Assembly (NCBI GenBank): GCA_964187785.1
Contig: OZ076409.1
Location: forward strand, 99,202,001 to 99,266,000
Reading direction: 5' to 3'
Origin: Amphiscolops sp. MND2022
Taxonomy: Eukaryota
DNA length: 64,000 nt
A program made the translations under genes and the position numbers. Positions 21,053-35,239 of the stretch are shown here, piece by piece (the stretch's first letter is position 1; every line of letters begins with the position of its first letter). The notes beneath the pieces were generated by a model. The model did not search any database. It saw only the letters and a list, made by a program, of their open reading frames with translations, and was not told the origin of the DNA.

Positions 21053-24000
21053 TGTTGTGTATTGGCCTTTATGTTGGAATGTAGTGTGATTGCTTTGATC
21101 TGTGATTGATTTTAGTGTTGTATATAAAGTCGCTTTTGTGTATTGCTTGGGAATAAATATATTTTACATATAGTTTTCCCTCTCGGAACGTGACATTTGG
21201 CGCAGCCAGCAGGATTGAATTGGAAATTAGTCGCTGTACTTATTCTATTCAATCATTCACGAGCGGCAGCGGATCTTACGATGGCAACACTACGACATCA
21301 CGTCAAGCCACCTCCTCCATTTGACAATGAAGATAAGACAATTAGATTCAAGCTGTGGAAGTCCATATTTACAAATTATATGACTGCCTCAAATTATGCG
21401 ACATTGGATGATGGTGAGAAACGTGCAGTGCTATTGGCAAATCTACATCCAAGAGTTTACGAAATTTTTGAAACACTTCCGGAAAATGAATTTTACGAGA
21501 AGGCTCTTACAGCTTTGGATAAGTATTTTGGAGATCGCTACTCCAAAACTTTTTCTGTCCACAACTTTCGTAAATTACGACAGGAACCGGGACAGAGTAT
21601 CCAGCAGTTTGTATCAAGTTTGAAGTCGGTGGCAAATGATTGCAGTTTTGGAGCAACACTCGACGAGGAAGTTAAACAGCAGTTGATTTCTGGTGTGCGC
21701 GAAGCTAAAATTTGTCAAGAATTGTTATTGATTGCTGATACAAAGACACTTGAGGAGCTTATTCAGAAAGCTAAGCAAATGGAATGGTCGATTTCAGAGC
21801 AAGGAATTATGTCTGGAAGTTCAACAGCTGACTCGGGGTCATTTGGTATTAAGTCCGGCAAGCGACACGGAAATGGAAGAAACAACACCCCACAGGGTTC
21901 ATCTTCGTTTGTGTGCAGGTATTGCGGAAAAAACAAGAAGCATTCGTGTAAAGAGGAATGTCCAGCTTGGTGCAAGACCTGCAATAAATGCTCGAAGAAA
22001 AACCATTTCGGTGCTGTTTGCAAAAGCACAAGTGGAAACAGTATCCGGGCAAATGGTAAAAATAAAGTCGCTGCTATGGATGGCAACAATACTACTTTAG
22101 ACTACTTGGCTGCATGTGTTGGAAGTAAAGTGCCAGCGAAGACAGTGGACTCGACTACGAACGGCAAAAGACTAGTTTGGTTCATTGATCCTGGTTCGCC
22201 ATGTACGCTTGTCTCGGTGAAGTGTGCTCAACAGCTGGGCTTGCCTACAAGAGAGTACACACATTCGAAAAGAAAACACTTCCAAGTGTCAAGTGCAGAC
22301 GAATTACATTCAGCAACTGGCTCACAGTTGAACGAAGTAGCACGGATTAAATGTCCTATCAAGGTGAATGGATTTTCATTTACGGCTGAACTACGAGTTA
22401 TTTCAAATTTAAGTTTTGATGCAATTATGGGAAGAGATTCATTATCTAACTTCTCAAAAGTTACGATGGACACAAATGGAACCGGCCCTGAACTTGTTCT
22501 TGCAACCGACAGCAGCTTACCGCGAGTCGAGACAATAATTCGAGATCATATCGATTGCTTTGACAAGCCACTTAGAAACAGCTGTCTCAAAATTGACCCC
22601 GAGCCGATTATTGATCTAACTCAAGATGCTGTTCCAATTCGATGCCCTACACGACGCTACAATGAAGCAGACGGTAAAGTGATCAATGATACAGTGAAAA
22701 CTTTACTGGAAAATGGAATCATTCGCGAATCGACATCCGCCTGGAGATCCCAACCTGTTATCGTATCTAAGAGAGGTGGAGGGAAACGAATGGCGATTGA
22801 TTTTAGCTGCACAGTCAATAAATTCTGTAAGATGGATGCATTTCCGGTCCCTCTTATTTCAGACCTGGTGCAGAAAGTTTCTGGTTACAACTATTTCTCA
22901 GTTATTGATATTACACAAGCATATCATCAAGTCCCACTTGTCCCTGAAGATATGGAGAAAACGGCGTTTGAAGCAAACGGCAAACTTTATCAATACAAAC
23001 GATTATGTTTTGGAGTGAAGAACGCAGTCCCAAAATTCCAGCGGATCATGGTCAGAGTGTTTGGTGATCTACCTGGCGTATTTATTTACTTAGATGACAT
23101 CGTCATTTGCGGTAAAACGGCAGAGGAGCATAACGTAAATCTACGAAGCTTCTTTCAGAGATGTAGAGAACTTAATGTGTCTCTAAACCGAAAGAAATGC
23201 ACGTTTGGCACAACCAAGTTGACATGGCTTGGATATCAGGTCGAGAACAATACACTACGACCCGACCCGGAACAACTGTTACCACTCAAACACTACCAGG
23301 AACCCAAGACGATGAAAGAATTGGAGCGTTTCCTTGGCATGGCAACATATTATTCAAAGTTTGTATACAATTTTGCAGAGCAGGCATCTACTCTTCAGGA
23401 AATCAAAAACTCTGGCGTGTTTTCTTGGGGCACACAAGCATCCGATTGCTTCGATGAAATCAAAAAGATGATATCCGAATCATTTCTCGCTGTGCCCGAT
23501 TTTAGTCGTGAGATGACACTTGAAACTGACGCAAGTGGAAATGCAATAGCAGGTATTTTGATGCAAGATGGACGTCCAGTATCAGAAGCCAGTCGACGTT
23601 TGTCTGCAGCTGAGAAGGCATGGGCTACCGTCGAATTAGAAGCATTAGCTATTGTGTTTTGTGTGGAAAAGTTCAGATATTTCTTACTTGGCCGACATTT
23701 CAATCTACACACAGATCAGAAAGCGTTATCATATTTGTTTTCGAGCTCGCCGAAGTCGACATGCAAAAATAACAAATTGATCCGTTGGAGAAAAGAATTG
23801 TCCGAGTAAAATTTTTCGATTTCTTACAAACCAGGCAAGGAAAATGTGATAGCAGATGCTTATTCGCGAGCATTGGCTGTTAAATCCATCAAATCCTTGT
23901 TCTCCATTGAAAATTTTCAGTTGGCACAGGACGAAGATGCAGAAGTTTCAGCATTGAAAAAAATTTGGCAGCAGAAGTACGCCCATCAGTTGTTTCACTT

Positions 24001-25513
24001 AGTCTATGGTCCAATCGTAAGCGCATGAAAGTAATTCAAAACGTTTTATGCCTGATTGAAGCTGGATCTTCACCAAGAATTGTTTGTCCAAATTCCTATA
24101 AAGCCGATGTTTTGCAAAGGGCACACAATAAATTTGGCCATCTTAGAATCAATTCAACGATTTCATTGGTTAGAGAAGGATTCTTTTGGATTAATTTACG
24201 AGCTGATGTTGAAAAACATGTTACTAACTGCGGAATCTGTTGTGAGACCCGACCACGATTTGTTAAACATGAAGATGGCAATCTCATCACAAGTACCAAA
24301 CCGTTGCAAAGAATCTCACTTGATTTTATTGGCCCAAAAATGACCTCTTCTGGAAAGCCGAAGTGGATACTTACAGCTATAGACGAATACAGCCGGTATC
24401 TTGAAGCGTTTGTGTTAGAATCAGCCACTTCTGAAGCAATTATCGACGTATTAGCGAACGAAATTTTCTCCAGATATGGTCTACCGGAGAGTCTCCACGC
24501 TGATCGCGGCACTCAGTTTATGAGCGAAGAGGTTAAAGCATTTTTAGATTCGTGTTCCGTTCCGTTTACTCACTCATCTAAATATAATCCGCGTGGAAAT
24601 GGGCAAAACGAACGCTATAACGGCGAATTACAACGTATTATTACTAGAATTTTGCGCGAAAATGAGATGAAGCCGGAAGAATGGGAACAGACAATCAGTG
24701 AAGCACTTTTCATTATTCGGTCAACTATCTGTGAAAGTACTGGAAAATCTCCACATGACTTATTTTTCAAGTTTAATAGACGAATATTTGCGAATGAACC
24801 TGATCTGGAACAGCTGAGATCAGTTAGATGCGATGCAACGTCTGGGTTGAAGCGAGACTCCAACGTGTTTATCAGAAATTTTGTCAGAGCCAAGAAATCC
24901 GATCCTCTTGTTAAAGGGAAGGGAGTAGTGAAAGAAATATTATCACCTCAGTTGGCAGAAGTTGAAATTAAAAACGAGAAAGGAAAGTCAACAGAATTTG
25001 TCAATACTCGTCATATTGCCCCGGCTCCGTCAGCGGAAGATTCATCATCATTGTCCGAAAAAATCACCACACCCCAAAGTATTGGAAAACGAATTATAGT
25101 ATTTGAAAGTGCTCCAAGAAACGAGTCAAGGAGTGAGTCAAATCCATCTCCAAGAAATAAAGCAATAGAAAACATTCAAAATCCTACGAAAAACACAAAC
25201 GAAACGAGTACAAGAACGAGATATGGACGAACTGTTCGCAAGCCAAAAAAACTAGATTTATGAATGGTGGCGCATGACAGTTAGTTCGAATAATTAAACG
25301 GACCGATGAATTATGACGAAAAGAAAGTTCTCCCGAGCGGATGACATCTAACTTTGAATGGGAGGAATGTTGTGTACTGGCCTTTATGTTGGAATGTAGT
25401 GTGATTGCTTTGATCTGTGATTGATTTTAGTGTTGTATATGATCAAGTCGCTTTTGTGTATTGCTTGGGAATAAATATATTTTACATATAGTTTTCCCTC
25501 TCGGAACGTGACA
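21053..25513 (+). mobile_element. Ty3/Gypsy LTR retrotransposon (Mag-like), full length
   Basis: TG...CA LTRs 21053-21195 and 25368-25513; 5-bp TSD AGTGT (21048-21052, 25514-25518); PBS-like TGGCGCAG after the 5' LTR; PPT GAATGGGAGGAA. Confidence 0.95.
21281..25263 (+). pseudogene. gag-pol (Gag, double Zn knuckle, PR, RT, RNase H, IN), disrupted
   Basis: CRYC...CNKCSKKNHFGAVC; PR IDPGS (DTG/DSG altered); RT YLDD; RH ETDAS; IN H..GH..C..C and D,D,E. TAA at 23807-23809 inside RNase H and a frameshift near 23965. Confidence 0.9.
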
Positions 25514-27350
25514 AGTGTTTTTCCATCGCTTTTGACGAAGCGTCTGATTCTGACACCTGGAAAATTATCCGTAAGAGCTGAAGTCAAATCCGAGTCGGAC
25601 ACTTCTGATGGAACTGTTTTTTTCTATCAACCAGTCGAATTCATACAGCAAGGAATTTGAATAATCCGTTGCTACCGATGTCAGAAGTTCGGACACGTCA
25701 GTTCCAATTGCCATTCGAAAGTCTCATGCAAACATTGTTCCGGCGAGCACTCTATCGACAACTGCAGCGGTAATCAGCCTGCCAGGTGTACCAATTGCCA
25801 TGAAGCTGATTCTCTTGACTGCCCAACTTATTTTAAACAGGTGCAAAGAGTTCATGAGGCACGAGGTATACAAGCGCCGACTTTGAGAACCCCTGTGTCA
25901 AAAAATGATGGCTAACCCTGGTTTCACCTTCTTGCAGATAAATATATGCGGCCTGAGTGATCATAGTAAAATAGCATAGAATCAATACTTACAACAAACC
26001 AAAGCTGATATCGTTTTTCTTAATGAAACCAAGACACAAATTAGCGCAAATCTATTCGACAATTACACAACAATCAGTTCTATGGGTGGAAATTCTGGGG
26101 GCGTCGCAGTTTTATTGAAACATCACATCCCTTACTCAAGACTTAATCAACTCGAAGACACCTCTGTTGATAATGTTGTTTTGACTGTTGGGCTGAGCGG
26201 AATTAAGTTAATTGTGTCTACTGCATATGTCAGACCCGATGACTTCGAAGGATTGAGAAGTGCAATAAAAGTTATACAGAGTTGCAAAACGTATGTTGAC
26301 AAAAATTGCCTGAATGGAGCTCTTTTCTTTGGTGATCTCAATGCAAGACATACCTATTGGGGAGACAAATCGTGTAACTTGTTAGGTGAGGAACTAGTTC
26401 AAATAGCTGACCACTTCAGCATTCTCAATGATGGTGAGCCTACGTTTCTGGCAGCAAATGGCTACAGTGTTATCGATCTCTGCATTTGTTATGGGCCTCT
26501 GTTTGATAGATGTATACACTCTCTGTCTACGGATGAATTTGCTGAGCTGTTCACCGGTGCTCCACAGAGGGGTCATGTTCCTGTTATTATGAGATTTGAG
26601 TGTAGTAGCACCACTGAAAAAACCAAGAAATTATGGATTGAAAAAGCTGATTGGGTGGGTTGGACTTCTTTCGTTGAGGGCCGAATAGATGATCTCATGT
26701 TTGTTGGGGACGACCCTGTTTTTCTTTGGAACGAGTTCAAGAATCTGCTGCACGAAGCTTCCCTTAGTCATATACCCCTCAAATGTGTTTCAGATCATAG
26801 TAAACCGTTTTGGAACTCTGACTTGACAGACGCAAGCAATGAACTCCGATTTTTACGCAAAAAGTTCAAATACAAATCAAAATTTGAAAATGGACAAAAG
26901 CTAAAGGCAGCGAAGGAACGTTTCAAAATTCTACTCAACAAAAGTGCAACTGAATGGATGGAAAACTACCTGTGATCGCTTGGGCATAAAATGGGAAGAG
27001 AATTTTGGACTTCTTACAAAGCCTTACTCAACACTAAACATGGAGAAGTGGGTCTAATACGCAGTAAGGAAGGGAGACTCTTATATGCTCTAGAGGAAAT
27101 TAGCAAAGAATTTGAAACCATTTTCTTCGCAGGAGAACATCTGAAACAGCAAATTTTCAACGATGCAACACAACTACAAGTAGAAGCCAAAATAAATCAA
27201 CCACATGATGGTCCTGAACATGATATTGAATTATTTCATGATGAAATTACTTTCGATGAATTGAAGAATGCAATTTTGAAATCAAGTAACACTAAATCTT
27301 TCGATATTGATGGTCTTCATTTGACAATGATAAAGAATTTGGGATCTAAA

Positions 27351-30300
27351 GCACTCCTTTTTCTGCTGAATATTTTCAATGCTTGCTGGGAATATCATGT
27401 GTGGCCATGGACGGACTCACGAGTCGTATTCATACGCAAGCCAAACAAAGAGAGATATGATGAATGCTCTTCATATCGACCACTCTCAATCTCCAGTCAT
27501 ATCGGCAAAACGTTGGAAAGAATACTTGCAACCAGAATCAAATCGTAACTCGATGTGAATGGACTGCTTGGTGACGAACAGGAGGGTTTCAGATCGAAAA
27601 GAAACACCACTCGATCGCTCTACAGACTACATCTCATGCTGGAAAATGCCAAACGTTCACGTTTACCGACGGCTCTGCTTAACATTGACCTCGAAAATGC
27701 TTTCGATAGCGTGTGGGTGGACGGCCTTCTCTTTACACTGTTGGAACACAATCTTTCTGGCAAAATGTATCAGATAATAAAATCGTTCTTTAAAAACCAG
27801 AGTCGCTTCAATTGAACTGAACGGATACAAATCGCCGAAGTTCCAGATTGACATTGGCGTTCCACAGGGAAGTGTGTTGTCACCATTACTCTTCATCATC
27901 TTTCTAAACAACTTCCTCAGTAATCAAACTCAAACTCAAAAATTCAAGATTGCAGACGATAGTTCTCTCATTGCCACTGGCAAGGATCCGTCAGAATTAT
28001 CGGCCATCCTTCGAAAAACTTGTTCTGACATCGAGAAGTGGTGTGCAGACTGGAGGATGTTAGTGAACGGAGGAAAGACAGAATTAATCTTTTTCAATTG
28101 CGAAGAGAATGACTTCGAACTCCCGTGCCTCAATGGTGATATATGTCAAGTTAAAAAATTAACAAAGTCTCTCTGAGTAATTATCGATAGCAAGCTCAAC
28201 TACCGGGATCATTCTACTAAAACTATCGAGAGAGCAAAGCGAAATTGGAATATAATCAAGTCGTTATGCAATAGAAAATGGAGTCTTGCAGTCCCAACGC
28301 TAGTTCTGTTGTACAAAACCACAATCTTACCCTCACTTTTTTATGCAGCACCAATTTGGCTTGAGAAAAACCTCAAATACGTCACAGCAGTACAGAACAA
28401 TTTCATAAGATAGTTTTTAGACACGGATTTTCGCCGAATATCGACTCATGTCAAGTTCTGCTTGGAACGCCGCCTCTTGATCTTCTGAGTACAGCCATCA
28501 ACGTCAAATTTCTCCTGAAGCTCAAACTAGAAGACGATTTACTACATTGGACCCATGATGCATCTTCTTCTTTTCCGGACAGTGTTGCTAACCTCCTCGA
28601 GAGTCATGTTACCAGATTCGGAAAGTTTTTGAGAATTCATAATTGTACGAGATACAAACAGCAAGATATCAACCTTTTCATTAACCATCTTTGAAACCTC
28701 AGGTGGAAAAATAATGACAACAGGTCATTTCTGGAATGTTACACCAGAACCCCACCAACTTGTAACACTATATCGCCCCTTTTCAACCTTCAAAGGTATG
28801 AAGCCATCAAAATTTGTGAAATGCTGATCGGCAATTCTTTCTCTTTAGCCGATTACGCTTGGAAAAATTGGCAGACGGAATCTCCGATGTGTCATTGTGG
28901 CAAAAGTGAAGAGACTACAGAACACTTCTTTCTGGCATGTGGACTATACCAAGACATCAGACCTGAAGACATTGACTCACTGAATCTCCTTGACCCTGAA
29001 GATTGCAATACCATTGCACTCCTTTTTCTGCTGAATATTTTCAATGCTTGCTGGGAATATCATGTGTGGCCATGGACGGACTCACGAGTCGTATTCATAC
29101 GCAAGCCAAACAAAGAGAGATATGATGAATGCTCTTCATATCGACCACTCTCAATCTCCAGTCATATCGGCAAAACGTTGGAAAGAATACTTGCAACCAG
29201 AATCAAATCGTAACTCGATGTGAATGGACTGCTTGGTGACGAACAGGAGGGTTTCAGATCGAAAAGAAACACCACTCGATCGCTCTACAGACTACATCTC
29301 ATGCTGGAAAATGCCAAACGTTCACGTTTACCGACGGCTCTGCTTAACATTGACCTCGAAAATGCTTTCGATAGCGTGTGGGTGGACGGCCTTCTCTTTA
29401 CACTGTTGGAACACAATCTTTCTGGCAAAATGTATCAGATAATAAAATCGTTCTTTAAAAACCAGAGTCGCTTCAATTGAACTGAACGGATACAAATCGC
29501 CGAAGTTCCAGATTGACATTGGCGTTCCACAGGGAAGTGTGTTGTCACCATTACTCTTCATCATCTTTCTAAACAACTTCCTCAGTAATCAAACTCAAAC
29601 TCAAAAATTCAAGATTGCAGACGATAGTTCTCTCATTGCCACTGGCAAGGATCCGTCAGAATTATCGGCCATCCTTCGAAAAACTTGTTCTGACATCGAG
29701 AAGTGGTGTGCAGACTGGAGGATGTTAGTGAACGGAGGAAAGACAGAATTAATCTTTTTCAATTGCGAAGAGAATGACTTCGAACTCCCGTGCCTCAATG
29801 GTGATATATGTCAAGTTAAAAAATTAACAAAGTCTCTCTGAGTAATTATCGATAGCAAGCTCAACTACCGGGATCATTCTACTAAAACTATCGAGAGAGC
29901 AAAGCGAAATTGGAATATAATCAAGTCGTTATGCAATAGAAAATGGAGTCTTGCAGTCCCAACGCTAGTTCTGTTGTACAAAACCACAATCTTACCCTCA
30001 CTTTTTTATGCAGCACCAATTTGGCTTGAGAAAAACCTCAAATACGTCACAGCAGTACAGAACAATTTCATAAGATAGTTTTTAGACACGGATTTTCGCC
30101 GAATATCGACTCATGTCAAGTTCTGCTTGGAACGCCGCCTCTTGATCTTCTGAGTACAGCCATCAACGTCAAATTTCTCCTGAAGCTCAAACTAGAAGAC
30201 GATTTACTACATTGGACCCATGATGCATCTTCTTCTTTTCCGGACAGTGTTGCTAACCTCCTCGAGAGTCATGTTACCAGATTCGGAAAGTTTTTGAGAA

Positions 30301-30680
30301 TTCATAATTGTACGAGATACAAACAGCAAGATATCAACCTTTTCATTAACCATCTTTGAAACCTCAGGTGGAAAAATAATGACAACAGGTCATTTCTGGA
30401 ATGTTACACCAGAACCCCACCAACTTGTAACACTATATCGCCCCTTTTCAACCTTCAAAGGTATGAAGCCATCAAAATTTGTGAAATGCTGATCGGCAAT
30501 TCTTTCTCTTTAGCCGATTACGCTTGGAAAAATTGGCAGACGGAATCTCCGATGTGTCATTGTGGCAAAAGTGAAGAGACTACAGAACACTTCTTTCTGG
30601 CATGTGGACTATACCAAGACATCAGACCTGAAGACATTGACTCACTGAATCTCCTTGACCCTGAAGATTGCAATACCATT
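27351..30680 (+). repeat. 1665-bp tandem duplication inside LINE ORF2 (27351-29015, 29016-30680)
   Basis: Identical ORF translations at offset 1665; GC microhomology at the junction. Confidence 0.95.
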
Positions 30681-30853
30681 GCCAACTACATCTCGCATTC
30701 AACGAAGTTAAAAGGATTCGTATAACTCTCATCATTAAATCCTAACTTAACTTTATCCAACTCTCAATGCTCTCTTTGTACTACTTATATACGATGAACA
30801 CCCTCCCGCAAATTGGGGATATTAGAAAATATATATATATATTCTAGAATGAA

Positions 30854-33227
30854 CCGTGAATGAGGTCAATATGGCAGTCTCTTGTTTGCGCAATCGTGCA
30901 ATACATCCCTGAGAATTTTTGATTTTACCACTCCTAGATTTCATTTTGCTATATCTTGCGCTGTCCTATGTGATAAATTATCGTTCTTTGTGCTCGTTCA
31001 TAATCCGCCAGCTTCTTCAGATTAATCAGTGGACATCTCTTATTTACTGGACTGTGTTCAGGCCTACTATACGAAATTCAACTTGATATCTGGCAAATTG
31101 AATCACGGACCTGGTTACACTGTTTACTTTGTTGGCGATTTCAATTTTTTCACCTTCGATTGAAAAAGCTGCTACTCCTCTTCGTGTACTGAACGTCGCT
31201 TCATTGAGACGGTAATCGAAAATATTCTTTTCCAATTGGTCTTTGAACCTACTCATAAAGATAACATTATCCTTGACCTTGTTCTAGCCAACATTGATAC
31301 TTTATCAGTTTCTGTGTCTAAACAGCTTTTCTCCGACCATTTTCCTGTTTATTTCTACTTCAACTCCATTCCGGTCCCAATATATCCCCAGAAAATATTC
31401 TCAAAGTCCTCTTTCAATGCTATTCTGTTCAGTAGGATTCTCAGCAGCTCTTCAATTTTTTGTCACGTGACAGTTTTTTTAATTTTACATATCCTGCCGA
31501 TTGGTACAGTCTTCGTTTTGACGCTTTTGTAAATTCAGTAAAAACAAACGTGCTCTTCGAAATAACCTGCCGTTCAATTCATCACATACTGTTCATCTTA
31601 TTAATCAAAAAGAGAGTACCTTACGAAAATTTGAAAACAATGCTTCATTTCTACTGGCTATCAAACTTACAGATCTCAACATATCTCTATAGTTCTATAG
31701 AAATGGATAAGGAAACTTTGTTATTCAGTTTGACCTTTCTTCAACTCAACATTGTTTCAAGCTGCTGAGATGTTTAGGCTTCAACTTTTCATATTCCGTC
31801 CGTCAGGATTCTCGGCAATGAAACCTCTCACACCGACTTTGACAATGCCTTAGCTTTAAACAGGTTCTTTACTTATGTGTTCAACGAAAACGTTGCCCAC
31901 TCGGCTCCTCTATATTGTGAAGTGCCTAAAATAGGTCATCTAATAATGCTCGAGCAACATGGATTTATGAAATCGCGCAGTACAGCAAGCCAAATGATTA
32001 TGTACTTGGATGCGTTTTATTCTTCTCGTGACACCAACTCGTCTGCCGTATCTGTTTATTTCGATATAACGAAAGCATTCGATTCTGTGCCTCACAACAA
32101 ACTTTTGTCTAAGCTGGCCAATTTCGGAGTTGACTCAAAATTCCTTCACCTATTTCACTCCTATCTAACCAATCGTTCTCAATGTGTGAAAATATATCAA
32201 ACTCGATATTCTCCCCTACCTGTTACTTCAGGGGTGCTTCAAGGCAGCGTGCTTGGCCCTTTGCTTTTTCTACTTTTTGTTAACGATATTGCCGATAATG
32301 TGGAGAACTGTTCTTTTTACCTATTCGCTGACGATCTCAAAATTTTCAGCAATTCTCGCAATTCGCTTGTGCAAGATGATATCATTGCACTGCTTGACTG
32401 GAGTAACCTTCAAGGTCTCCAAATCCACCCAACAATATGTAAAGCTCTCAATTTTGGAGGCCGTTATGAGTCTGCACACTTTCTGCTTGAGGCCGAATAT
32501 TTGCCGTTTGTCAATCGGGATCGAAGATTTGGGTTTTATTGATTCCAGCTTTTTATCTTGGAAACCTCATGTTGAATCAAAACTTCTTAAATGCAACAGA
32601 ATTTCGGCTTCCTCAACCGAAGTATTCCCTTCTCTGTGTCTAGTAGTAGAAAATCCCTTCTTTACAAATCCCTTATCCTGCCTATTTTACTTTACGGTGC
32701 CTCTGCCATGTCTCCCTCTTTAACTATGTTACATCAACTCGAACTGTTCCAGTATAAAGTTCTTCGCTGGATAACTAATTGGTTTTCATTTGTTTCAGGC
32801 GTTCAATCTCTCAAGATGCTTCCAGTGTGTTACTGCCTGATCAGAGATGACATCGTTTTTCTTTGGAAACTCTGTATTGTGGCTATCGATGTGCATTGTA
32901 ACATCCCTTCTGTTTCCTTGCCAACACAATCCTCTTCAATTGGATTGTTTCAGATTCCTTCTTCGCGCAAAATGTCTACTGATGACAACTTTTTCATCCG
33001 ATCAACACGTGCTGCTAACGAACTCATATATCTGAAAATCACTGAGTTTGACATGTCGTTGATAACGTTGGAACATTCCCCATGTAAAAAATACCTCTTA
33101 GCCAGAACATATGATTTTACAGTTTGAATAATTCGTGCTCACATTTTGTCAAATGTTTTTGTTCATTTTGTCGTGCATAAGTCAGACATTTGCGTTCAAT
33201 TTAATCCATTGCTGATGGAATTAAAAC
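30854..33227 (+). pseudogene. Outer LINE (CR1/L2-like) APE remainder, RT and 3' end
   Basis: VGDFN, PTHKDNIILDLVL, FSDH, QHGFMKSRST, YFDITKAFDSVPH, GVLQGSVLGPLLFLLFVND, LFADD; many frameshifts. Confidence 0.85.
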
Positions 33228-33540
33228 TATCTCTCTCGTCAAGTCCTCCATCAAAGTTTGAATCAAAAAACACAAAACTTGATGAAGTTAAGGAGGTTTT
33301 GCTAAACGATTTCGACAATCAATTTCCCCATCCCAAAAAAAAGTGCTGGAATATATATGGAACGTGCTCTTCCACCTCGCTTAGTAAGATGGGAACATAA
33401 GCGGCCCCAACGGGGCCGCGGGACACTAGAGGAAATGGGGCAAATCCGACGGCCAAAATCGTTGTTATTTGAGAAAGCTATGCACATTCGGCAAATTGTC
33501 CCTACAAAATTCGGCAAATTCAAAAGTATGGATAAAAATA

Positions 33541-33900
33541 TCAAGCAACCTCCAATATTAAAATAAAAGAAGTTCTTGATAAACTAACAATCCCAGCAGG
33601 AATTCACATGAGAGATGATAAGTTCACCACTCCTCCAGGAAAAGTTAACTTACATCCAACTAAAAGAACACAATGGGTTATGTATACAAACAAAAACTAT
33701 TTTGATTCATATGGATGCCCACCAACAGTAAATATAACAAAAAATTCTAATACGCAAAGCACGCGAAGCGCCTCCGATGCCTTCGGTGGAGATTATTATT
33801 CCGAATATCAAATCTAGAAAGACGACAGTTATTGTGCATCGTATTGTTCACTTGTTTTTTATCTTACACAAATTATAGGCTTTTGAAAATGCAGTTTTAA
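33541..33900 (+). pseudogene. Adenain-like cysteine maturation protease
   Basis: TSNIKI...MRDD...VNLHPTKRTQWV (cf. GTHWV)...YFDSYGCPP...YQI*KDDSYCASYC. Confidence 0.75.
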
Positions 33901-34138
33901 ATTTATACTGTCAGACTTTTAATTTTAATAAATGAAAAAAGCTAAAAGTTATTAAGCTCGTTTTAAAATTGTGAGTCCCAAAAATCCAAGTCAAAATTCA
34001 AACATGCAAAGCACCTTCGGTACACAAAGCGCTTTCGGTAAACAGGCGAAAGCTACTAAGAAAACACTACCAAAACAAAACCAAGAATTTATAAATAAGA
34101 TATCTGCAGGTGGATTTACACAATTTTTTTCTTAATAA

Positions 34139-35207
34139 ATGGATCTATCAAATTTTAAAACTTATGATAAAAAAGAATCTCTTTTGTTGAGTATTGCAAA
34201 ACCTAATTTGGATTTTGTTGAAAATACCTTATCCAAACCTCGGGAAACTCTAAAAAGAATAAACAAAAAGGATCTTTTTCATTTGATATTCCATTGGAAT
34301 TGCCTGAAAAACGGATGATGGGAGTGACAAGTTAGCATGTATACAACACTTTATGTAACAATACTGAAAAGAATAATAAACTTGAAATCCATTTCACAAG
34401 ACAACAACTCAAATCATTAAACGTTGACACTGAATTACATTCAAATGTTTATGATTATTCAAACAAACTCTATGATACAGAAACGCTGGCTTCCTATAAT
34501 GAATTTATAGAAAAAACTAATAGAAGTATAAATATTAGTTATTCTAAATAAAAGAAAATTACTAGATATGATCTTAACCGTATAAAAAGTAAAATTGAAG
34601 ATGTTCACAACGATGCAAAACTCCTTAATCTCGATATCGAAGGCGCTTTGCGTAGAGATCAATTAAATTCCATAAAATTCCTGAATTTGAATTTGTACAC
34701 GATCACTTTAGAATAGAACTACTACCAGGTGTGGTATTTGAATTAGTTGATATAAATAGAAATATAAAAGTGATTATGAATTTGAATTCAATATAGAAGC
34801 AGATACAAAATCAATGAAATCAGTTTTAACAACTCCTCATGATAAACGTTTTAATTCAGAATTAAATAAACTTCTAGGATTCACAAATGAATACTATGTA
34901 AGAGGAACTCATATATCCGAGGAACCAGTTATGATAACAACCACAGACAAAGTTCATCTGAAGTGTGATTGTGTAGATGGTTCAATTGTTATTGGTATAC
35001 GAGAACAAAGTTTATTTTCGTTTAAGCTTAGTGCTCCTCGTGGGTATAAAATTATAAAACAACCCAACTTTATTTTGTATAGAAAAAACAAACAAAACAA
35101 GGTTTGACAAGATCCAGTTTTTCCTTGAGGATAACAATCAAAACCCAGTTGATTTCAACTCCGGAACATTAACATTTACAATTCAAATCATCACGATTGA
35201 ATCTTAA
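34139..35207 (+). pseudogene. Polinton minor capsid (penton-like) protein
   Basis: C-terminal KLLGF...VHLKCDCVDGS...LFSFKLSAPRGYKIIKQP...FLEDNNQNPVDFNSGTLTFTIQI; frameshifted. Confidence 0.7.
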
Positions 35208-35239
35208 TAAATAGAGAGTTTTAGTAAATTTTAAAATAT

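Larger units (their letters stand above)
21023..30841 (+). mobile_element. Inner LINE (CCHC ORF1, APE-RT ORF2, no RNase H seen), 5'-inverted, pseudogenised
   Basis: TSD TTCTAGAATGAA at 21011-21022 and 30842-30853; (TA)n tail. ORF1 knuckles CYRCQKFGHVSSNC / CKHCSGEH / CTNC. ORF2 from 25905 (LQINICG, FLNETK, GDLNA, YRPLS, QEGFR, GVPQGSVLSP, ADD, CHCG..ETTEHFFLAC) with several stops and frameshifts. Confidence 0.88.

Noticed and set aside
23807..23970. Programmed readthrough or frameshift in Gypsy pol
   Set aside because: The stop falls at a conserved aromatic position within RNase H and the protease motif is also altered; decay is simpler.
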